A stretch of 62,017 bases of DNA, filler included, from Choristocarpus tenellus KU-1152 (Eukaryota; Protista; Phaeophyceae), in assembly GCA_964200185.2 (NCBI GenBank). It is 12 parts of 12 records of this genome, joined end to end, with 100 filler letters (N's around TTAATTAATTAA, not from the genome) between each part and the next. Parts side by side here need not be neighbours in the genome. Positions count along the whole stretch, not along the records: positions 46,171 to 53,717 come from CAXNAD020005981.1; positions 53,818 to 59,008 come from CAXNAD020011558.1; positions 59,109 to 62,017 come from CAXNAD020023725.1; 9 more parts are not named here. One strand, written 5' to 3'. The translations under genes and the position numbers were made by a program. The notes beneath the pieces were generated by a model, which was not told the origin of the DNA, ran no database searches, and saw only the letters and a list, made by a program, of their open reading frames with translations. Below are positions 52,645 to 62,017 of this stretch, one piece after another. Each line of letters opens with the position of its first letter. Within the stretch, counting starts at the first letter, position 1.

Positions 52645-53249
52645 TTTTTCCCCTGACACATATGCAAAATGTCATAGGGCATAATAATAAAAGTAAAATA
52701 ATGATAACAATAACAGTAGCTGCTACTGCAGTGGAGGCATGAAAGCACACCCACTACGAGGGCTCTTTTGATCTCCGTAGTTATAGCCTCAACACCTTTG
52801 CAGTGGAAAGTTTTGGGCGTCTCGTTGGGCAAGCGGAAAGCTTTCTGGATGAGCTAGCTACACACGCAGTAGGGGGGAGAGGGACAGGAGGCTATTGCAG
52901 GAAAGGGGATGCCAAGTCCTGTCTAATACAGATAGTCTCTGTCACAACACAATTAGCCCTATCTGGATGTGTCATGTGTTTTAAACAGGAGACACCGGGG
53001 AGATGGGCAAGGAGGGACTTGCTAGATTCTTGGGGTGCTTCCCTTGCTCCTCACCCTGAGGTGCAGGACTAAGCTAGGTTGGAGGCAGAGGAGGGCAGCG
53101 GTATAGCATAGCTGGTCGTAAAATAGAAAATAGATAAATGTTTTTCACATTTACGACAAGTGCTACCTTTTTAGGGACTATTCTAACATCTAAATGGTTT
53201 TCATTGGTTTTTCCCCTGACACATCTGCAAAATATCAGAGGGCATAATG
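52645..53249 (+). mobile_element. RLE-type non-LTR retrotransposon 3' end (52716-53249), preceded by a ~45-bp terminal fragment (52645-52690)
   Basis: VEA*KHTHYEGSFDLRSYSLNTFAVESFGRLVGQAESFLDELATHAVGG...LIQIVSVTTQLALS, then 3'UTR, terminal stem-loop CTGAC...TCAG and ATAAT tail. Confidence 0.8.
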
Positions 53250-53646
53250 GGAGACCTGTAAATTGTACCGATTGGTTGATTGTCATTGTGAACTGCACAG
53301 TATGTCCGTGCACCACAAGTATCGTCCTCTCATTGGTCGGCAATCTGAACTGTGGGCTTCTGAATCATACCAACCAACAAGAATACATGGTCCTATAAAA
53401 TATGGATTCCGAAAAACATCCAAAAAACATCGTCTTTTTGTAATTTTCAAGAGGAGCCTATACTCAATTGAGGTGAGATTTTGTTGTCATATCTCTCTTC
53501 TGCAGTCACAACTTCGTTGTTTGGGGTTTCTATTGACAAAAAAATATTAAAACGGAGTGTATTGCACAGGAACCTAAAAAATATGCAAAGCAGCCAAAAC
53601 ATGTATATATATATATCAGTTTGTACAACTCTTCTATTGAACAGGA

Positions 53647-53717
53647 GAGTGAAAGTATCTTAGAGGGTACGAGTTTTGCCCTGTTTGTCCATTTAGGGCT
53701 TGGCTTCCCATGAGTTT
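53647..53717. mobile_element. MITE family 1 copy G, cut by contig end
   Basis: GAGTGAAAGTATCTTAGAGGGTACGAG start. Confidence 0.88.
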
Positions 53718-54517
53718 NNNNNNNNNNNNNNNNNNNNNNNNNNNNNNNNNNNNNNNNNNNNTTAATTAATTAANNNNNNNNNNNNNNNNNNNNNNNNNNN
53801 NNNNNNNNNNNNNNNNNAGGTTTTCTGCGGCACAAGGCATGGCTTCCACTTTATTCCCCTACCAGCAACGTACTGTACTGCTGTGTGGTCATGACTCAGG
53901 AAGAAAGGCACTTTTCGCGAGAATTGTTTGCGCGCCAAACTCGCGTGAATATCTCCCCGATTTTGTACCAAGTCGCCCGAATACGAGAATTCCGGTACAA
54001 AAGCCTTTTTTTTTTAGTATGTCGAAACAAGTGGTACACAAATGGGTTTGGTACATAATAGTTGGTATTAAATCGGTGTAGGTACTGTATAACAAAGTTG
54101 TTCTAAAACATCGATATAATCTTAGTTGTACATAAAAATTTTTAAAGTGATCAAGAAAACAGTCGAGACATCTACTACTTCAAAGAAAGACACATACAGT
54201 TGAAACTACTTCTCCCAAAGACGCACTGTGAAAATGGTTTGCAGAAACAAGGAAAAGAGTCTCATGAATCTGCCAAGCACAGCCTTGCCTATAGGCCCAT
54301 TATTTCTAGCTTGAAGTGCATGATACACCTTGGAATCGCTACCTGTGTTGCAACGGAAACAGTCCGTTCACTAGTGCCTTCACTCTGCCCTTCTTCCTAA
54401 GCCCTGAGCTCCCCTACCACCCACCATATTTTCGCCAGCTCATCTAGGAATTGACCTGATTTTGTCCCAAGAGGTCTAATTATTTTGTATGGTACGGTAT
54501 GACTAAGAAAAAAAATG

Positions 54518-54947
54518 ACTTCCCTAGCTCCTCACACTGGGGTGCAGGACTAAGCTAGGTTGGAGGCACAGGAAGGCAGTGGTGCAGCATAGCTGATAGT
54601 AAAATAGTAAATAGATGAATGTCTATCACATTTATGGCAACTGTTACTTCATTAGAGGTTTTTCTGACTGTTTTTTCCCGACACATCTGCAAAATGTCAG
54701 AGGGCATAATAACAATGAAAAAAATGCTGATTGTAGATATTTCTTATTATGCCCTCTGACATTTTGCAGATGTGTCAGGGGGGAAACCAATGAAAAATAT
54801 ACATATAATATCCTAAACAAAAGAACACTATAAAATATTGTGTAGAAACCACTAATCTATCAGTTACTTCATCACTATCAGATATTGTACTACTGTCTTC
54901 CTTTTCTTCCGATCTACCTACTCCTGTGCCCCAGGGGGGGGAACTAG
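54518..54947. mobile_element. Two tail-to-tail 3' ends of the RLE-type retrotransposon (54518-54712 +, ~54743-54947 -); further ~40-bp ends at 34315-34355 and 55552-55594
   Basis: GACACATCTGCAAAATGTCAGAGGGCATAATAA and its exact reverse complement lie ~30 bp apart. Confidence 0.8.
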
Positions 54948-55799
54948 ATATAAATATCGTTGTACTGTTTGCGGTAAATATTGATTATACCGTTCCGTCG
55001 ACCTCCAATTTCTTAATGGGTGAACATCAGCAAACTTCCAGATAAGTGAGTAGACCCACCAACTAAACTCCCCGAATTAAAAACACTTTTAACAGTAGTG
55101 TGCCTGCCACATTGGGAATATATGGGAATGAAGAAAATATAACAAGAAGCGTGAAAGTTGGAAGTAATTCTTAAACTGAGGTTTCCCCATTTCTAGAATA
55201 CTCTAACCCTAACAAGAGATGATTTGGATTGGATGGACAATGTGTACTGAATTTTTCCTTTCTTTTTCTTTCCCATAGGACATTGTGAACCCAGACAAAC
55301 AGACTTACTATCAAAGGCATATGTAGGCAAATAAAGTACAATAAACTTGAAGGCTCTGCCGACATTTGTAGGGCTAGGTTGGAAGCATAGCAATATCCAC
55401 AATATTAGTAGAGAAAATCCCTAACGAGACACTACAGTTGTCTAGTTAGTTTTCAAATAGTATATATTTAGGGAGGTAATTTAGCTTTCAGCACTGACCA
55501 CAACTATTGTATCTACAGTAGTCCTTCTCATATAGTTTCAGGTGTTGCCTCCCCCCCCAGATACATCTGTGAAATGTCAGGGGCCGTAATAATATTCTAC
55601 TTCGGAGTATTTCAAGTTACTGGGAAATACAAAAAATATATATCGTACAGAGAGAAGCAAAGGAAGGAAAGAGAGAGGAAAAAGAAAGAGAAAAAATTGA
55701 CGTAGGTAGGAAGGACATCGAAGAAATCCCAATCATTGTAATGGGCTATGGTAGCACATAACAGCTGAGATAGAACACCGTGCTCCGTGAGGGATGCTC

Positions 55800-57840
55800 A
55801 ACCTGGAAGATGGCCACATGCTCCAGAGAGTCACAGGAACAGATACTGAAGAGAGCTGAGAAAGATAAGTAGTGGCTTGATAATGTATCACCAATTCCGA
55901 GATATCCGGCGCTACGTATCATGGAAGAAAAGGGTACGAAACCAACAAGTCTCAAGCCACTGCCATTGACTCTCTTTCCCTCTCCTGCCAAGGCCTCACT
56001 GATCGCGCCACACGCCTTCATTTTCGCACCTCTCGCCTCACCGTCATACGCGCGGATGCCGCGAAGGGGCCAGCCACTTACGGACAGAGGGGACTATTTA
56101 TGGAATACTCTTTACAAAAGCACAATTATACAGTATGCAGTGGTATTATTTTTAAGGAGATATCAGGAGGAAAATATGGAAGGCATGTCTGTGGAACAGG
56201 TAACGTATTTGCCGTTACATTTACTTCACGAAACACGAGATATCCCGCAACTTGCACATTTCCTCTGGAATCTCCTTCGCAACAAAGGGAAGTCAGTGGC
56301 GAAGAGGCCCTTGGAAAATCCTTGCGTGTGCCATTTCAAAGGTTGCGGTGTTCTGATGTCCAGAGCAGATCCAGAAAGTATGCCTTGCATACATGGCGAG
56401 AGCGTTGAGCTCAGGACGAGGTTATCGACTGCAAATGCAGTACCTTCCATGACAACTGTACGGCCGAGTACAGGCAGGGGGGCTAAAGGAGACCAAGCAT
56501 CAAGTTGCTGTCCATCGGACTTGGCACGTCCTTCCACGGGTAGTGGACTTAGAAATCAAGTGTCGACAATCGTGCCACAGGAAGAAGGCTCAGCGAGAGA
56601 AGGGGGCAATGTCAACAGGATTGAGAACCCAGACAAGGTGATGCAAGGACTTGGTGATTTCTTATTAGCTTCCAGGTGCCTGGTCCTAGATTTCCATGCT
56701 CTATCTTGACGAGCTAGTACCAACAATAATACAAGCGTCTTTACGATCAGGCAATTAGAGGCTTCCAACCCCCATTACCCTACACAGCTAGATGTGAACG
56801 AGGCCACCACCAAACTCTTCGGAGAATTTCTGCGCCAAAAGCTCTTATCCGGCATGCCGAAGCACAACCCTGCCAAGGAACTCGTCCGTCGGTCCTTCAG
56901 GTGTGGAAATTTGGAGCTGTGATCCTCAACTTAGAGTCGGTCTTCGCGGTCCTGTATTGTCCCCAAAGAAGTGATCGATGAATGCCAGCCAGGCATATGT
57001 TGGGGCTCACCTATTGCCTGTTCCACCTAATACGATGGCTTGCAGCAATTGCCCATATATCTTATGTCGAGTTCTCCCCCTGTGTCACAATGGTGCCTGG
57101 TGTTGAAACTTTGTTTGAACAAACTGCGGCAGGTACTTGTACCGTGGTCAGGGACATGTGCTCACATTTGCAGAGTTCAAGGAAGGCCTCGCAAACTCTT
57201 TCGGGTCTCTCATTCCCCTCTCAGTAAGTGTATATGATTAATCTTTCAGTTATAACATCAAAATTGGAAGGTTGTTAAGTCATCATCGTCAACAGGCAAG
57301 TAACACCATGGAACAGGATTGAACGACTACACCCTTCCTGCATTGTTATCGCAGATTATTCAAGCAACATTTGACATGTTCGACACAGAACCCCGAACGT
57401 GGCAGTTAGACTTTGATGAGTTCTATACTTGGCTAGAGACTGGTGAACGTAATCTCAACAGCCATGGCATTTGCAGAGAGCAGCCTGAGAGGGCAGCATT
57501 GAAGTCTCTGAAAGGTGGGATTGAATCAGGCTTGGCAAAGAGAGCATTGGTCTACATTGCAAGCGTACTCCCTTCAACAAAAAAAGCAGGGCAAGGATTT
57601 TATTGCAACTCTATGCAAGGTACTTTACTATAACTCTTTTGACCTCAAGAGTAGTAATGAAAGCATCCATTAGTTCTTCTACCCTTGATCTCTTATCCCT
57701 TACCATAATTTCCAATGTCAAATTTCCAAGCGCGCAAGCCACACTCTAACGACACTTCGGGAGATTTCAAGGCTAGTGTCAAGGACATCGATGGCCGCAC
57801 AGGCATGAGTATTGAGCAGAAAGACCGTGCTACGCTGAAG
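55800..57840 (+). CDS. Probable multi-exon EF-hand-containing protein; exon structure unresolved, possibly decayed
   Basis: QATFDMFDTEPRTWQLDFDEFYTWL (from 57355) and TQLDVNEAT (~56785) resemble EF-hand loops; several AG/GT-bounded open segments. Confidence 0.35.
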
Positions 57841-58384
57841 GTACATTGGTTGCAATAGCCCCCCCCTCAAATTGAACAAAATGCACAATGGCAACAGCTT
57901 AGGCTAATAGTGTGTCTGATTAATGGAAAGAGCTGCGAAGGCATCAGTCAGGACTCCTTATAAAGCATATATGAGCTTACTTTAATCCACTTGGGAACAG
58001 TTTGGTGAAATAAACTCCTAGACAATTGTGAAGGGTGTCAAGTTTGGTTGTTATTATTAGATGACTACTTCAATATTATGTTTCAATATGAAGGTGTACC
58101 ATCTTGAGTGTCAAGACGTTTTGACATGTTGGACCACTCCCTCTTAAATCACAAACTGATATTATTTTGTATTTACCGGCATGAAGTTGATTTCTCTCTC
58201 CTTTTACGCGACATACTCAGTCAATTTCTTCAGCTACAGAGCAGCAATCATGCCATTTTGGGGTAGCAATAGCTCAATCTGTGAAAAAGACTACATTTCC
58301 ACATTCCAACGGAATTAGTAACCTCACGATTTCTTTTTTGCCAAAACAGAGTCTTGTGTGTATACCTGTGGTGCTATTGCCTTT

Positions 58385-58823
58385 GAATGAAAGTATCTTA
58401 GAGGGTAGGGCCGCGTCCATTTGGGGGAAAAATCCAATGTTGCAATTTTGATGTAACTTTGTCTATCATGTTTGTTAGGAGATGTCAATATCCTTGTTCT
58501 GGACGCACCTTTTCATAACGTGTACATCTTACCTATTCCAAGTATTTTGGAGTAGGTAAAATATCATTAAAAACCCGTGGGAAGTCAAGCCCCAAATGGA
58601 CAAACAGGGCAAGAGGTCCAAAGTATCTGAGGGGGGGTGGCGACTGTCCATTTGGGGTTAGTTTTTCATGTCACGATTTTTGGGTGTTTTGGTTGCATAC
58701 GCCGGATGGATAATGTAAATGCACCTTTCCTTATTTTGGTCCACATGGACACGCTGGTGTAGACCCTTCCCTCGCCCGAGATACCCTGGGTCAAGACTCG
58801 TACCCTCTAAGGTACTTTCACTC
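58385..58823. mobile_element. MITE family 1 copy H (TSD CTTT) carrying a nested family 2 MITE at 58615-58792 (TSD AAGA)
   Basis: Removing the inner element gives CAGGGCAAGACTCGTACCC, matching CAGGGCAAAACTCGTACCC in copy G. Confidence 0.92.
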
Positions 58824-59200
58824 CTTTTCTCCTCAGGGTTAGCGTTAAAGTTCATACACACTTCGAAGGGTTTGGGTTGAAACCAAGCCCACAGTAAGGG
58901 GGAAAGCTTCCCTACTCCACCACTTTTCAGTGGGATGGGTTGGTACTTCTGTTGTTGTTAATGGTGTTCTTTCTTAATCGCAACGACCCAAAGTATCTGG
59001 GAGGGGGGNNNNNNNNNNNNNNNNNNNNNNNNNNNNNNNNNNNNNNNNNNNNTTAATTAATTAANNNNNNNNNNNNNNNNNNNNNNNNNNNNNNNNNNNN
59101 NNNNNNNNAGGGTGCTTCTCCCCTCCCCCCCACCCCCCCCCCCCACCACCCCCCCGTCCCCCCCCCCCCCCCCCCCCCATCACAGGCACCGAATAATTGT

Positions 59201-59866
59201 TACATTACGAAGGTGATGTTCCTTGCAGCTGTGGTCTTCCCTAGGTAGCTCTCTAACGGGGTGTGGTTCTATGGGAAAATTGGTATCTGGTCATTTGTGG
59301 ACGCCAAGGCCGCTCAGTGCTAAACTAATCATGACCTTCTTATACCGCTTTTGCCAGCCACGTTGGATGAGGAGAGGTGTAAGGTCATGATTGAGGATGA
59401 CATTCTGGCAATCAAGGCCCGCATGCCTAGGGTAGAGGGATACGCCATCATCATGTGCAGCAGGGTGGGGCAAGCCACACACCAAGGGTGGGATCGTGGA
59501 GCAGGCGGGGGATGACATCGTTGTAGAGACCCAGCGAGCCAACTCACCTGACCTCAACATCAATGATCTGGGATTCTTTCATTCCATCCAGCAACTGAAG
59601 GAAGACGCAGGGGGTGACCAACACAGAGGAGCTGGTGGAGGTCACGACGGAGGCATTCGATGTGTACACTTGGCGCAAGTGTCACCCAGGAGATAGATAC
59701 CGAGCACACTTGGCAGAGCCTCTTCGCAGTCTATAATGAAGTGCTGAGGTCCAAGGGTGACGACATCTTTAAAATTCCCCGTCTTAGTAAGGAAAAGGCT
59801 GAGCAGGCGGGCAAACTAAACTGCCCCCGAATCCCCCAAGTAGATGTGGCGAAATATCGTGGTTGA
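59201..59866 (+). pseudogene. Decayed Tc1/mariner (DD39D, plant-mariner-like) transposase
   Basis: YITKVMFLAAVVFPR*...WFYGKIGIWSFV...ILAIKARMP...TQRANSPDLNINDLGFFHSIQ; stops and frameshifts. Confidence 0.85.
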
Positions 59867-60910
59867 ATGGAGTTTTGGAGGTGTAGATTGCCTTCATGGG
59901 CGGAATGATTGATAGGTGTAGATTGCCTCATTTTGCTTGAGGTTTTGGTGGGCACCCTTCTAGTGTCTGCACAATACCTGCAGAACGCACCCGTAGGATA
60001 TAAACATGTGAAAAAGATGTTTCTTGTTCATTGGGACTGCGAGAGTTACGTTACACATTTAATTCCAAACGGATGAAGTAGTGAAGTAGCAAAAAAATAT
60101 ATGATTGTATTTTGGGAAAAAGGTAGCTCAGCGTAGCTCTGTATCATTTTGAGAGATGTCTATATTGGTGTTAGTACTAGTAATAGTACTGTGATTGAGG
60201 GAAAATGTAAGGATGTGTCTGGGGGAGGGGGGAATTGATCCCTTCATTGGAAGAGTTGCCCTCCCTATCACGCTCTTAGTTTTTTTTTCATAACCCTAAC
60301 CCTAACCCTAAGTTGAAGGTGTTGTATAGGGATGCTTCGACTGTAACTGCTGTAGTTCGGCATCAGAAGGTAAATGGGTAGAACGGTCTGTTATCTAATA
60401 CCTTACTTTAAGAACCAAACACTCCTTCCCTCTTTCCCTCTCCCCTCTGTCTCCTAGTCTCTAAAATAGGAAGGCGTTACTGGCGAGTGAAATTTTAATG
60501 GTCATTACTTAGCACTGTGAGCCATTGCAGCTGAGATGAACTGCTGCGATATTTTACTTGAATTACGTTGCAAGGAACAGACAGGGTTGATTTCGTTGGT
60601 TGCTTCTTTGCGATGCCTCTGTCTTGGTTGGTTGTGATGATGGTGGAGTAGCTCTATGGTCTGTTCATTCCTTCCAGCTTAGTTGTTTTGAAGAAGATAG
60701 AAAAGAAACAAAGCTTTCTTCTTATTTTTTACAATCCCACGAGAAAATTGACATTGTTGGGAATACCCAACTAATAATTGGTTATATTTTGTTTCTTGTA
60801 CTGTTTTGTATTGTATGCTACTCCTATTGTCATATAGATTTACTATACATCCTCCCGCCTTCCATGTGTCTATGTGTGGTTTGTTGGTTGGATGGATCGA
60901 TGGATTGTAG

Positions 60911-61911
60911 ATTATCATATGATGACGGGAAGGGCCTCAGAGGGCCCACTGGGCAATTGATCAAGCGCCGTCATGACGGAGGAATCAACGCATTGACTGA
61001 TAAAGGTGCACCTGGGGATGACATTTACTTCATGGGAATCATTGATATCCTCCAGGTTTGTGACGATGTGGTTTTGTGAGGGTTGTGGGCGTGTGGTACT
61101 TGACTTGTTTTGATTGGTCGACTTTAGCGTTCTCGTGAGTTGTGAAATGCAGGTTGTGTGATAGTTACACATGGCAGTTACACATGGCAGTTACACCTCG
61201 TGCATTCATGTGCAAATAATCATACAACGTGAGCAGAAAATTTAAAGGTGCGTGTGCAATTTGTTTTGCTATTATGCATGGTGTTTGTGTGAGTTCCTAT
61301 TTTTGCTACTGCGTTCTGTGTGGTATGGATATGTAATACTACTACTGTACTTGGCGTAAACACTTTTTTTTCGCAAGATTTTTTCTTCACCCGTAATAAT
61401 TTCACTCCAGTTTTGGTTCAACAGTTACATATTTGTATATGTGTATGTGTATGTGACTATTGTAATTGTTACACACCATATACTTGACAGTTACAACCAA
61501 TACCTTTAAGTGAGAGGGCTTTCTAGCACCTTTGGGAGGGGTATGTCAACCCTTTTTTGCAAGACTTACATTTTGTGTTTTTTTCACCACACTTGCTTTT
61601 TAAGTATCCAGTTCCACTGTATTGAAGAGTTACTACAGTGTAGAGAATAGAGGCGTAATGCAATGACATTTTGAGGGGGAGTCAGCAGAACAGTCAGTAT
61701 ATGTATTGTGTTCAAGAGCAAGTCTAGGAGGCGTTTTTCCCTGAAACCCCCACCTCACGCCTCCGTCGTCACCTGTAAGGAGTACAATGCACGGAAGCAT
61801 GGGGAGACACTGTACAAGTCACTAAAGCACGACAAAGCAGAGATATCCTGTGTTGACCCCCTGCTGTACTGCAAGCGTTTCAATGACTTCCTTGAGAAGC
61901 ACACAGATTGA
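60911..61911 (+). CDS. PIP5K: Phosphatidylinositol phosphate kinase (PIP5K family), last two exons 60911-61055 and 61780-61911
   Basis: DIYFMGIIDILQ|EYNARKHGETLYKSLKHDKAEISCVDPLLYCKRFNDFL*; phase-0 GT-AG intron. Confidence 0.9.
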
Positions 61912-62017
61912 GAGGCAAGTGGTGAGGAAAAGGGAAAGGGGGGGTGGGGGGGGGGGGGGGGGGTTTTTAAGGGGGGAATTGGTTTTTTTTTAAGGTTTCC
62001 AGTATCCCGGGCAGGGG

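Overview
Eukaryotic nuclear DNA, most likely from a brown alga or close photosynthetic stramenopile (inferred from a spliced brown-algal-type LHCF/FCP gene with an ASAFVAP targeting motif). The window is not contiguous: 12 short contigs are joined by eleven identical 100-nt linkers (N44-TTAATTAATTAA-N44), so adjacency across linkers means nothing. Reading splice sites by hand recovers genes the ORF track misses or fragments: a 5-exon LTA-synthase/alkaline-phosphatase-superfamily fragment with a Thr at the nucleophile position, a small membrane protein, a complete LHCF, a PTP/DSP phosphatase exon, a complete CGI121/TPRKB, a choice-of-anchor-I/MSP130-like fragment, a NEK kinase fragment, a probable EF-hand protein and the 3' end of a PIP5K. 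Mobile DNA: three related MITE families sharing a G(A/G)NYCAAAGTA-like end, 3' ends of an RLE-type non-LTR retrotransposon, a decayed Sola2-like transposase, a decayed DD39D mariner, and a decayed spliced ParB/Srx-domain gene with an upstream 20-bp palindrome. Some contigs show both CpG depletion and scattered short TTAGGG tracts. All family calls come from motif recognition by eye; no searches were run.
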